DNA of 64,000 bases from an uncultured virus (IMG/VR IMGVR_UViG_3300030099_006902) (lineage: Duplodnaviria; Heunggongvirae; Uroviricota; Caudoviricetes). Position numbers and translations under genes: made by a program. Below are positions 1 to 8,299 of the stretch, in pieces (within the stretch, counting starts at the first letter, position 1; the number at the start of each line of letters is the position of its first letter). The stretch lies in IMG/VR virus record IMGVR_UViG_3300030099_006902; one strand, 5' to 3'. Under the pieces are notes generated by a model that was not told the DNA's origin, made no database searches, and saw only the letters and a list, made by a program, of their open reading frames with translations.

Positions 1-2
1 CC

Positions 3-203
3 GAGAAGTCCATCTTTACCTATATTCAAGGTCTCCAAGAAATAATTTCCAATCTTAAACCTCGAACGGTTTCCGAGAAAAGAAGACTTCAGCTTGCGAA
101 GCAACACATTCGAGAAGTGCGCAAGTACGCACGTCGTATGTTAAATGAAAATATGGACCTTCAAGAAAAACTAAACCTCTTAGAAGAAAATAAGGAAGAC
201 TAA
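3..203 (+). CDS. Partial hypothetical protein (5' end outside the window)
   Basis: Open frame from position 3 (EKSIFTYIQGLQE...LLEENKED) to TAA at 201-203, 1 nt before the next ATG; not in the ORF track. Confidence 0.75.
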   Translation, partial: EKSIFTYIQGLQEIISNLKPRTVSEKRRLQLAKQHIREVRKYARRMLNENMDLQEKLNLLEENKED

Positions 204-204
204 T

Positions 205-2157
205 ATGGGTGGTGCTGCTGGACACATGAATCACCCATTCGATTTAGGATGGGTAAATACGGGCTCTGACCTTTTAGATTTCTTTGGAAGAGCCAAAGAG
301 TACGTTGAAAAAGAAGGCGCCGCTAGTGTTAAAATAGACGGCGTTAACGTATCTTTTAAGGTTGTGCAAGATGGTGCTGTGCATCAGTTTGCAGTTGATC
401 GAGGCTCAATGAAAGAAATTGATATTGGCGGTATTACTATGGATCGGGTTGATCAAAGGTTTCCCGAAGGACATGGTATGCGGCCTGCTATCAGAACACT
501 TCTAACAATTCTAAATAAAGCACTTCCAAATATCAAACAAGAACTTCAAGCTCTTGGTATGTGGGATAATCCTTCTATGTTTTTAAACACTGAATATGTT
601 GAAGGAACCACAAATGTTACTGATTACGATGAAAACTTTCTTGCAATCCACGGACTAAATCAGTTTTATGAGAGAACTGCAAAGTCTGGCGCTAGTAAAG
701 GTAATGTAAGACCGGGTGCAGAGAGACCAGAAGGTGTTAAGGCACCTTCAAAAGAAGTACCGTATGATGACAAGGTAATGGCTTCTTTAATTAAGAAACT
801 AAATCAAGTCTCCGAAAACTATGGATTCAAAGTTTATGGATCTGTACCAGCGGCAAAAATGGCTGATATTGATTATGATCCTATTTTATCAGAACCGTTT
901 ACAGTTAGAATGTCTGACGATAGAGAAATTACAAAGTCTCTTGGTGAGTGGCTATCTGAGGCTCAGAATCCAAGATACAATTCTATTAAGTTACACACTG
1001 GCAAATCGATTCATCCTCTTCATAAAGAACTTTATAAAACCATTCTTAACGGTTCAGTTCCAATCGATAAATTAGTTGATGACAAAGATTTGTCTGCAGC
1101 AATCTACGGTGCTGTATTTATGCACGCCACTCGTATGCTTGGAAATGTTGTTTTAAGAGCCCTCACAAGTCCTATGGGCGACGTAATGAACCACGAAGGG
1201 GTAGTGCTTAGGGATGAAAAATTATTTGGTCCTAACCCCGTTAAAATTACGGGTGAGTTTATTCTTGGTGGTATGGGCTCGGCGTTTCAAACTGCTGCAG
1301 CACTCGACGAAAATGAAGAAGATTTTATTGGATATGAATTTAAACCAGTAAAGAAAAAATCAGTAACTGAAGAAAACGAAGATGATGATCCAGTAGTTGA
1401 TTCAAGTTTTCCAAAAACAGTTGCAGTTGTTCCTGGAGCATTTAAGCCTCCTCATAAAGGACATCTTGCTATGGTGCGCGAATATTCTAACATTGCAGAC
1501 GAAGTTGTAGTATTAATATCTAAACCTCTTAAGAAAGGTCGTTCACTTCCAAACGGCAGAGAAATAACCGCAGAAGATTCATTAAAAATCTGGGAATTGT
1601 TAGCTTCTGATCTGCCTAACGTATCTATTGAGATATCAACGCATGCGTCACCTATAAGCGCTGCATATGAATACGTTGGCAATGAAGGCTCACTGATGCC
1701 AGAAACAAAAGTAATTCTTGGCGCCAGTATGAAAGGTGATGATTGGAAGCGCTGGACTGGCGCTGAAAAATATGTTAAAGAAGGTGTTACACTGGTTCCT
1801 CCAAAAGAATCAGCCGTTTTACCAGCAACAAGACCAGATGGTACACCATTTAGTGCTACTGATATGAGAGAACTTATTGGTGCTGCTGAAAACGATCCGG
1901 CAGCACTAAAAGATTTAGAAGAGTTTATTGGAGAGGGTAAAGTCTTAGATTTGCTTTCACTTCTTGGTGTTGAGGCCGCCACGCTTGNNNNNNNNNNNNN
2001 NNNNNNNNNNNNTAGCGGCCCTTTGCCATCTGGGTCGGCTAAGCGCAGACCCAAGAAAAAAAGAAGAAAGAAGGCACCGACCGTCATGAAACAAGAAAAT
2101 TTAGATATCGCTAATGAGGTTTTAAGACTAATTAAAGAAAGAGGCATTTTACGATGA
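205..2157 (+). CDS. Fusion of an N-terminal ATP-dependent ligase-like (covalent nucleotidyltransferase) domain and a C-terminal HIGH-family cytidylyltransferase-like domain
   Basis: SVKIDG (KxDG), HEGVVLR and PVKI resemble ligase motifs I, IV and V; PGAFKPPHKGH and SATDMR are HxGH-family motifs; contains a 25-N gap. Confidence 0.6.
   Translation: MGGAAGHMNHPFDLGWVNTGSDLLDFFGRAKEYVEKEGAASVKIDGVNVSFKVVQDGAVHQFAVDRGSMKEIDIGGITMDRVDQRFPEGHGMRPAIRTLLTILNKALPNIKQELQALGMWDNPSMFLNTEYVEGTTNVTDYDENFLAIHGLNQFYERTAKSGASKGNVRPGAERPEGVKAPSKEVPYDDKVMASLIKKLNQVSENYGFKVYGSVPAAKMADIDYDPILSEPFTVRMSDDREITKSLGEWLSEAQNPRYNSIKLHTGKSIHPLHKELYKTILNGSVPIDKLVDDKDLSAAIYGAVFMHATRMLGNVVLRALTSPMGDVMNHEGVVLRDEKLFGPNPVKITGEFILGGMGSAFQTAAALDENEEDFIGYEFKPVKKKSVTEENEDDDPVVDSSFPKTVAVVPGAFKPPHKGHLAMVREYSNIADEVVVLISKPLKKGRSLPNGREITAEDSLKIWELLASDLPNVSIEISTHASPISAAYEYVGNEGSLMPETKVILGASMKGDDWKRWTGAEKYVKEGVTLVPPKESAVLPATRPDGTPFSATDMRELIGAAENDPAALKDLEEFIGEGKVLDLLSLLGVEAATLXXXXXXXXXSGPLPSGSAKRRPKKKRRKKAPTVMKQENLDIANEVLRLIKERGILR
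1988..2012. other. Assembly gap (25 N)
   Basis: Run of N. Confidence 0.99.
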
Positions 2158-2951
2158 ACCAAGACGAAAAAATTCTAAGAAACAATATAAGGCATTTAAT
2201 CCGCGCTGTCAAGTCAAAAAGACTAGATGAGCATAAAAAAATGCACAAGCTTGTCAAGACTTTGGTGCAACATGAGCTTGGCGCTATGTTGACTGAGGGA
2301 TCTACACCCGATGTGGATCCAACACCTAACAAATCTACTGGAATTAACGTCCTTGAAGAGTTACTTAAGAAGATTGTACCAGTTTTAGAAACAGATTACA
2401 AGTCTTTGACAACAAATAATGAACAGCGTCAGTCTTTTCGATCACATATTGTAAATGCTGTGGTTGGGACTCTTACACCTGCGCAAGCAAACAATGACGC
2501 TACAGAAGATGATGCCGTTCCAGAATTACAAGAAATCGATTTAGATATTGAAGAAGATATTAACGTTGATATTGGTGCCGGAGATGATGATAAATTTATC
2601 GACATCCGAACTGATGCTGAAAAGAAAGCTGATGAAGAAGAGGATGAAGTTGATCCGCGTGATGCTTTCGGTGCAAACGTCGGTGGAGACGAAACCGGTC
2701 GCAATATGGCATACCAGTCATTCAAAAAAATTGAAACCTCAATTATTGATTCGTATGAGTTATTATCCGATCCCAGTGATCAAGAACTTTTCTATGACTA
2801 CTTGATTGCTAACTTGAAATTGTATTTTGATAAATTTGAAAATGAACTTTCAGGTGAAGTTGAAGAGCCAACCAACAAAGCGTATGATATGGCTAAAAAC
2901 GATGCTGCTGGTGAAATAAGCGGTGAACCTGAAATTGATTTAGAAATTTAA
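2154..2951 (+). CDS. Acidic hypothetical phage protein
   Basis: 265-aa ORF, ATGA overlap with the upstream gene, D/E-rich. Confidence 0.85.
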   Translation: MNQDEKILRNNIRHLIRAVKSKRLDEHKKMHKLVKTLVQHELGAMLTEGSTPDVDPTPNKSTGINVLEELLKKIVPVLETDYKSLTTNNEQRQSFRSHIVNAVVGTLTPAQANNDATEDDAVPELQEIDLDIEEDINVDIGAGDDDKFIDIRTDAEKKADEEEDEVDPRDAFGANVGGDETGRNMAYQSFKKIETSIIDSYELLSDPSDQELFYDYLIANLKLYFDKFENELSGEVEEPTNKAYDMAKNDAAGEISGEPEIDLEI

Positions 2952-2964
2952 TTAAAAAAAGTAC

Positions 2965-2993
2965 TTGACAAAGTGCTAAACTAACATTAAACT
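2965..2993 (+). promoter_or_regulatory. Sigma70-type promoter
   Basis: TTGACA(2965-2970)-17 nt-TAAACT(2988-2993), A-tract upstream. Confidence 0.65.
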
Positions 2994-3012
2994 AAAGTTG
3001 TGCTGGCATGTG

Positions 3013-3351
3013 ATGGTTGTGAAAGTTAAAGATAAAAGATCAACTACTATAAACACTAGTATCATTAATAAACTAAAAGATCAAAACTTACTAACTGATC
3101 AAACTATAGTAGCTATCAATGCTATCAGTCTTGAAGACTTAATAGCTGTCAAGCTTGAATTAGCTTGCAATCACGTCAATAATAGACTTTATGGTCTAGA
3201 CATATGGCGGAACTCAGTGTATATTGTAAAAGACGCTCTACTTAAATTTGCAATCTCAACGACTAACTCTAAGAAAGATGCCGCTAGGTTTCTAGGTCTT
3301 ACCTATAATGACTTTAAGTTAGCTTGCAAAAAATTTAAAATTGATATTTGA
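3013..3351 (+). CDS. Fis-like helix-turn-helix DNA-binding protein (start uncertain)
   Basis: C-terminal ALLKFAISTTNSKKDAARFLGLTYNDF resembles the Fis/HTH_8 motif. Confidence 0.6.
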   Translation: MVVKVKDKRSTTINTSIINKLKDQNLLTDQTIVAINAISLEDLIAVKLELACNHVNNRLYGLDIWRNSVYIVKDALLKFAISTTNSKKDAARFLGLTYNDFKLACKKFKIDI

Positions 3352-3376
3352 CATATGAAAGTAAAGCCAGTATACT
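3348..3376 (+). promoter_or_regulatory. Sigma70-type promoter driving the 3501 ORF and tmRNA
   Basis: TTGACA(3348-3353)-17 nt-TATACT(3371-3376). Confidence 0.75.
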
Positions 3377-3500
3377 TGGTAACGTGGGGCACCATGCCTA
3401 TTAAAGTGCCTCCGAAGCGTGGAGTTTAAAACAAACAAAACTATAGGATAGCAGGCAGGGAGCAAGAGAACTGCACTGGCTTTTTAATTTAGGAGGGAAT

Positions 3501-3710
3501 ATGTGGAGAGTTTACAAATGGGACGGACACTATATTATGGGTGAACTAGTCTCAAAACATTCTACAGAGGCAGCTGCTCTGAAAGCTGCAAAGAAAAGTA
3601 TAAAATTTAAAAATACTGAAAAAGTAAAAAAAGGAAAAGAAACATTTATTTGGTTAGATGCTGAGAACTCAGAACCTTTAGGTGTTATAGTTAAAAAATC
3701 TCGGGGATGA
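3501..3710 (+). CDS. Small basic hypothetical protein
   Basis: Strong SD AGGAGG; its stop codon lies inside the first 8 nt of the tmRNA. Confidence 0.8.
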   Translation: MWRVYKWDGHYIMGELVSKHSTEAAALKAAKKSIKFKNTEKVKKGKETFIWLDAENSEPLGVIVKKSRG

Positions 3711-4034
3711 CTTGGATTCGACAAGGTAATAAAAAGGAATAGTGCAAGTAGGTTAGATACGACCTTAACAGTTCAAACACAATAGTTGCAAACAACAACA
3801 ATCACTTCGAACAGCGCTTAGCCGCTTAATAGGGAGGCTGATTAGAGCCTTCTATCCAATCTAATCAAAACAACAGACAAGTTGTAAAAATCAAAAAACT
3901 TATCGCAACAGGATGGTAAGCGATATTTTAAAACCATCTACCTTTGTCAGTTTGTGATAGAAACTGAATAAGCTTGTGAATGACTACAATTGGAATTATT
4001 TTGGACGCGGGTTCGACTCCCGCCATCTCCACCA
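3703..4034 (+). ncRNA. ssrA: tmRNA; tag reading frame 3788-3829 encodes ANNNNHFEQRLAA
   Basis: 5' GGGGATGAC..GGATTCGAC; 3' T-arm GCGGGTTCGACTCCCGC and CATCTCC-A-CCA; G3:U70 alanine identity pair; resume codon GCA after ATAGTT; tag ends LAA-TAA-TAG. Confidence 0.95.
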
Positions 4035-4046
4035 TCTACTTATGGT

Positions 4047-4304
4047 ATGACTATAAGTGGTCAGCAAACAAAATATATAAAATACAACGTTGGAGACATT
4101 GTTAGAGAAAGAGAGTGGATTTATATATCAGATGAGCCCCTATATGGTATTATCACTAACATACAAAGATCTGTTTTTGATCAGCGACCATGGATTCCAT
4201 ATAATGATGATTGTCTCGAAGTGTATTGGTTCAAATGGAAAACTACTGAACAATTACCTGCAACGTTTGTAGAATTAGTATCTAAAGTAGAACAGGAGAT
4301 TTAA
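4047..4304 (+). CDS. Small hypothetical protein with KOW/SH3-like start (KYNVGDIV)
   Basis: The ORF-track start lies inside the tmRNA; ATG 4047 is the plausible start. Confidence 0.7.
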   Translation: MTISGQQTKYIKYNVGDIVREREWIYISDEPLYGIITNIQRSVFDQRPWIPYNDDCLEVYWFKWKTTEQLPATFVELVSKVEQEI

Positions 4305-4305
4305 A

Positions 4306-4470
4306 TTGAAAAAAATACTAACCCCAACAAAAAAATATAAACAAAAAATTATTGATAAAACATTTAGTGATCAGCTTGAAGATGCTTGGCATTTAATAGA
4401 AAAAAAGAGAAAACTAAAAAGAAAACAACTTTTTGTAAAAATTGACGACACAAATCAAAAAAATAAATAG
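4306..4470 (+). CDS. 54-aa Lys-rich hypothetical protein
   Basis: AGGAG SD, TTG start at 4306, open to TAG 4468-4470; fills the gap between neighbours. Confidence 0.55.
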   Translation: MKKILTPTKKYKQKIIDKTFSDQLEDAWHLIEKKRKLKRKQLFVKIDDTNQKNK

Positions 4471-4511
4471 ATACTATTAGTAGGAGACTATTTTTGTAGT
4501 ATTATGGTAAG

Positions 4512-4994
4512 ATGAAAATAAAAGTGGCGTTTTATAAAGGCGGCGATGGCTGGCAGCATAAAATTATTCGGTGGTGGACTAAAAGTATATACAGTCACGC
4601 CGAATTAGTAATGCCCGATAATTTTACTTGGATATCTATAAGCCCTTTTTTAGAATCAAAAGTTGCTAAAAGACTAAAAACAGATTTTGATTTAGAAAAA
4701 TGGGATTTTATTACAATCGACATCACCGAAGAACAGCATACGTCAATTATACAGTTTTATGAAAATACCAAAGATAATGTTTACGACTGGTGGGGTATGC
4801 TGTTATCGCAGTTTACTCCATTTAAAGTAAAATCAAAAAAGAAATGGTATTGCAGCGAATGGATTACCAATGCTTTAGTTTTGTGTGGTGTGATAAATTG
4901 GAGTTCTGTGCATATTTATGACAAGATTAATATGAGACCAAGTGATCTTTATGAAATTGTTAGCGAGCACATTACTGATGAAATACAGAGTTGA
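4512..4994 (+). CDS. Permuted papain-like (YiiX/NlpC-P60) amidase/peptidase
   Basis: YSHAEL (His) precedes YDWWG and WYCSE (Cys), the permuted catalytic order. Confidence 0.7.
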   Translation: MKIKVAFYKGGDGWQHKIIRWWTKSIYSHAELVMPDNFTWISISPFLESKVAKRLKTDFDLEKWDFITIDITEEQHTSIIQFYENTKDNVYDWWGMLLSQFTPFKVKSKKKWYCSEWITNALVLCGVINWSSVHIYDKINMRPSDLYEIVSEHITDEIQS

Positions 4995-5181
4995 CGACTG
5001 GGTAGGTTATTGCCCATTGCCAGATATAGAATTATTTAAAGATGAAAGACTCAGAGTCTTGATATTAGATACTCTGGAAGATGATTATTTTTATGATTAC
5101 AAGATATACATAGAAAAAACTCAAAAAATAAAAAAAGTTAGAGAACACCAACTTTTTCCTTTGCCAGACCCTATCTATTAA
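4978..5181 (+). CDS. Small hypothetical protein (SH3/KOW-like)
   Basis: MKYRVDDWV..., overlaps the end of the upstream gene. Confidence 0.6.
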   Translation: MKYRVDDWVGYCPLPDIELFKDERLRVLILDTLEDDYFYDYKIYIEKTQKIKKVREHQLFPLPDPIY

Positions 5182-5197
5182 TAGGGAAGGCACCAAT

Positions 5198-6214
5198 ATG
5201 ATCAAAAAACTGCTTATAGCGGTAGGTCTACTAGTTGGCTGTAGTCAGCCTGATTATGCTATTGTCACTGGCGAAAAAGGCGAAACAGTGTATATTGAAG
5301 TGCCCGGTGAAACTGAGTATGTTGAAGTAGAGGTTGAAGTTCCTGTATATGTAGAAGTTGAGATTCCAGTAAATGAAGGTGAAATATGGATTGATTCATT
5401 TACACAACCAATGTCGGTTGATGGAATTGATATTCTTTGGGTAATCGACCGCTCGGGTTCAATGTATAGATACAATACAGAACTTATTGCTGGCGTTTCG
5501 GCAATGTTAGGAGCTTTGCCTACATCCGATTGGCGATTAGTCATGATTAGTGCTGATCCAACTCGCTCAGTAACAAGCACAGAATTTCCATTGGTTCCTG
5601 GAGACACAGTAACAGATGCAGAAAATATGTTAGCAACTCTTACATCGGCTCCATATGAAGAAGGTTTTAATTCGGTATACGAATACATTGTCAATAACCC
5701 ATATGCGTCAACATGGCTAAGACCAGATGCAGGCTTACTAATTGTTTTTGTATCCGATGAAGAAGAGCAAAGTGATGTTAAATACCCATCACATACGGAC
5801 TTTTTAAACTGGTATCAAACTCAAAGAATGGGCTCGGTTTTTATAGCTAGCGTAGTTAATCAACCAGCAACCACTTCTTTATGTAGTATTCCACCAAACC
5901 CAATAGATGTTGGCGACAGATATATGGATGCAACTAATGCGCTTGGCGGGGTTGTGGTTGATATATGTGATGAAGACTGGGCGCCCGGCGTAACAGATGC
6001 TACACACTCCATAGATCCGTATGAGAAATTAAATCTCTCACACACTCCCAATGATGCATCGTCAATTAGGGTGTTTATTAACGGCACCCTTAATCACGAT
6101 TGGTATTATGCCAGCACAGATAATACAGTGCACTTTACAGTTATTCCGTCCGCTGGTGATTTGGTAGAAATAGGATACCTTTACACTCCATCGCCGCCAG
6201 ATACTGGAGAATAA
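5198..6214 (+). CDS. Lipoprotein with a von Willebrand factor A domain
   Basis: Signal peptide and lipobox LLVG-C15; MIDAS motif DILWVIDRSGSM; SDEEEQS. Confidence 0.8.
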   Translation: MIKKLLIAVGLLVGCSQPDYAIVTGEKGETVYIEVPGETEYVEVEVEVPVYVEVEIPVNEGEIWIDSFTQPMSVDGIDILWVIDRSGSMYRYNTELIAGVSAMLGALPTSDWRLVMISADPTRSVTSTEFPLVPGDTVTDAENMLATLTSAPYEEGFNSVYEYIVNNPYASTWLRPDAGLLIVFVSDEEEQSDVKYPSHTDFLNWYQTQRMGSVFIASVVNQPATTSLCSIPPNPIDVGDRYMDATNALGGVVVDICDEDWAPGVTDATHSIDPYEKLNLSHTPNDASSIRVFINGTLNHDWYYASTDNTVHFTVIPSAGDLVEIGYLYTPSPPDTGE

Positions 6215-6219
6215 ATATA

Positions 6220-6471
6220 ATGGAGATATTCTTTTATACTATTGGGTTGTTGGGGTTGTTTTATTTTTTGTTTGCTTTATTGTATAGAAGCAGTGAAAAA
6301 AAATTAAATAATGTAATACAAAATCAAAATAATGAGATACAATCAATATTAGATAACATGAGCCCAAGAGACTTTTACACTCATAAAATGTCTCAAGCTA
6401 ATTTAATTTGGGATCCAAGAACTCAAGCATATATTAAAAAATGGAGTAAAAATGACACAACCTACCACTAA
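6220..6471 (+). CDS. Small membrane protein
   Basis: N-terminal hydrophobic helix; GGAG SD. Confidence 0.7.
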   Translation: MEIFFYTIGLLGLFYFLFALLYRSSEKKLNNVIQNQNNEIQSILDNMSPRDFYTHKMSQANLIWDPRTQAYIKKWSKNDTTYH

Positions 6472-6498
6472 GAAGTGGCAAAAAATAAGGAAATTATT

Positions 6499-6963
6499 AT
6501 GACTAAAGAAAGACCTACCGTAATGGTATCTGGAGGTTTTGATCCTGTGCATGCTGGACATATTCGCATGATTAGACATGCGGCACAATATGGAGATGTA
6601 ATAGTTATAGCTAATTCAGATGATTGGCTTTTTCGTAAAAAAGGTTTTGTTTTTATGGAATGGGAAAGAAGAGTAGAAATCTTAAATGCTATAAAGGGAG
6701 TTGTTCTTGTTGATTCTGTAGATGATTCTGATGGAACAGTATGCGAAGCTATACGAAGACTAAGGCCGACCTACTTTGCAAACGGTGGTGACAGAGGGCG
6801 TTCAAATACCCCAGAACAATCAGTATGCGAAGAACTAAAAATTGAATTATTGTGGGGTGTTGGCGGAGAAGAAAAAGTTGATAGTTCTTCCGACTTAGCC
6901 AAAAAAGTTAGAGATTTTGATGTGCCACCAGTTCGTTCAACAGGACAACATTCTGAAAGATAA
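6499..6963 (+). CDS. Cytidylyl/adenylyltransferase, HIGH family (TagD/RfaE-domain-II-like)
   Basis: SGGFDPVHAGH, ANSDDWL, ANGGDR and SSS motifs; AAGGA SD before ATG 6499. Confidence 0.85.
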   Translation: MTKERPTVMVSGGFDPVHAGHIRMIRHAAQYGDVIVIANSDDWLFRKKGFVFMEWERRVEILNAIKGVVLVDSVDDSDGTVCEAIRRLRPTYFANGGDRGRSNTPEQSVCEELKIELLWGVGGEEKVDSSSDLAKKVRDFDVPPVRSTGQHSER

Positions 6964-6966
6964 TAC

Positions 6967-6995
6967 TTGACAACCGTAACCAATCTAGTTAAAAT
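6967..6995 (+). promoter_or_regulatory. Sigma70-type promoter for the HNH gene and tRNA-Asn
   Basis: TTGACA(6967-6972)-17 nt-TAAAAT(6990-6995). Confidence 0.7.
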
Positions 6996-6997
6996 AG

Positions 6998-7498
6998 ATG
7001 GACATGATGGCTTTAAAGTTAGACGCGTCGTATAGACCAATAGAAGTTATTGATGCTCTGGAAGCATTAGTGATGTGTATAGTTGGAAAAGCCACACCAG
7101 TAGAGACATATGATAAAAAAATTAGATCACCATCTAATGCTTTTAATTTACCAGCCGTGATAGTATTAAAGACTATAGTAAAATTTAGATTTACTACTGT
7201 TGCATGTAATAGGGCAAACATTGTGTGGAGAGATAACAATCAATGTCAATATTGCGCAAATTATTTTCCGACTGATAAACTTACAATGGACCATGTTTTA
7301 CCAAAATCAAAAGGCGGAAAAAACACTTGGGAAAATTTAGTAGCGTCTTGTATGAAGTGTAATCAAAAAAAAGGCTGCAGAACTACTAAAGAATCTGGTA
7401 TGATACCATTAAAGATGCCAATTAGACCAAAAGCAAATATCTTAAGAACGGTAAGCAAAAATCAAATTAGTGAACTTTGGAAAAATTATTTATGGTAG
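6998..7498 (+). CDS. HNH endonuclease (McrA-like); true start may be 7004 or 7007
   Basis: RDNNQCQYC, TMDHVLPKSKGG, WENLVASCMKCNQKK. Confidence 0.9.
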   Translation: MDMMALKLDASYRPIEVIDALEALVMCIVGKATPVETYDKKIRSPSNAFNLPAVIVLKTIVKFRFTTVACNRANIVWRDNNQCQYCANYFPTDKLTMDHVLPKSKGGKNTWENLVASCMKCNQKKGCRTTKESGMIPLKMPIRPKANILRTVSKNQISELWKNYLW

Positions 7499-7575
7499 TG
7501 CCCCTTAGCTCAGTTGGTTAGAGCAGCTGACTGTTAATCAGCGGGTCCGCGGTTCGAGTCCGCGAGGGGCAGCCA
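7499..7575 (+). tRNA. trnN: tRNA-Asn (GTT), canonical, CCA encoded
   Basis: Acceptor TGCCCCT/AGGGGCA, G73, CCA; anticodon arm GCTGA-CTGTTAA-TCAGC; T-arm CGCGG-TTCGAGT-CCGCG. Confidence 0.97.
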
Positions 7576-7615
7576 CATTAATTAAAATTATAATATTAAA
7601 CAAAAGGAGAAGCCA

Positions 7616-7792
7616 ATGGCTACAACAACACAACTAACAAAACAAACAGAACAATTGCAAGCAAGAGTAAATCAACTTGTTGATCAGATTTATATTCTTC
7701 AAAATGAGTTGAGAGAGTTTAAAACATCTGTTGCTGGCGATGTAAAATATCTAACTGAGCGCGTTGATGGCAGCAATTCTGGAGGAAGATAA
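7616..7792 (+). CDS. 58-aa coiled-coil hypothetical protein
   Basis: AAGGAG SD; MATTTQLTKQTEQLQARVNQL...; absent from the ORF track. Confidence 0.75.
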   Translation: MATTTQLTKQTEQLQARVNQLVDQIYILQNELREFKTSVAGDVKYLTERVDGSNSGGR

Positions 7793-7793
7793 C

Positions 7794-8270
7794 ATGAACA
7801 CAATAGAGCGGCTACAATCATTAAATTTGACCAATAATGCTATGATTAATCTTCGCTACGAAGAAGGTGCAGATGTGTTTCATTTTAACGAAACAGAAAT
7901 TGAAACTGCTTTATCTGAAACATCGGTAGTTAGTGAATTTGCGTCACTTATAGCACAATCAGGGCTTGATGTAAGAACTCGATGGCAAGGAAATGTAATT
8001 GAACATCTTCGCTCTGAAGATTATCTTGAGGATTATGAAAGAGGAAGTTATGAATTCGAAGAATATCTTGCAAATACAATTACTGAAAATTTTTACGATG
8101 TTGAATTAATTGAATACTCAACAGAAAAGTATGACCATAAACGTGGATTCACTACTCTTACAGCTGAAGTTCAAATTCCATATGAAAATTTTATGAAAGT
8201 AATGCCTTTTATTTCAGGTTGGAGTGTTTCTGTAGAAACTGATAACGGAACTCTTACATTTGATGCGTAA
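7794..8270 (+). CDS. Acidic hypothetical protein
   Basis: GGAGG SD before ATG 7794 (MNTIERLQ...). Confidence 0.85.
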   Translation: MNTIERLQSLNLTNNAMINLRYEEGADVFHFNETEIETALSETSVVSEFASLIAQSGLDVRTRWQGNVIEHLRSEDYLEDYERGSYEFEEYLANTITENFYDVELIEYSTEKYDHKRGFTTLTAEVQIPYENFMKVMPFISGWSVSVETDNGTLTFDA

Positions 8271-8299
8271 CTGGTCTATCTATTGTGGGAGGGTTAATC

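Noticed and set aside
3355..3429. 24-codon ORF MKVKPVYLVTWGTMPIKVPPKRGV
   Set aside because: No SD, and its ATG lies between the -35 and -10 boxes of the 3348 promoter
3363..3483. 9-bp inverted repeat AAAGCCAGT/ACTGGCTTT enclosing the leader
   Set aside because: The left arm is upstream of the predicted TSS, so it is not in that transcript; it could matter only in read-through RNA
3383..3485. Leader as an HDV-like/theta, pistol or twister ribozyme, or a known riboswitch
   Set aside because: Helix order and conserved catalytic or ligand-binding nucleotides did not match any family I could check by eye
3990..4046. ORF-track N-terminal extension MELFWTRVRLPPSPP
   Set aside because: It is the translated 3' end of the tmRNA
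6998..7498. HNH as a homing endonuclease or intron marker at tRNA-Asn
   Set aside because: The tRNA is uninterrupted, no intron structure is visible, and the protein looks like the free-standing McrA-like type
7499..7575. U1:A72 in tRNA-Asn as evidence for a GatCAB-dependent host
   Set aside because: U1:A72 is general in bacterial tRNA-Asn, so it is uninformative
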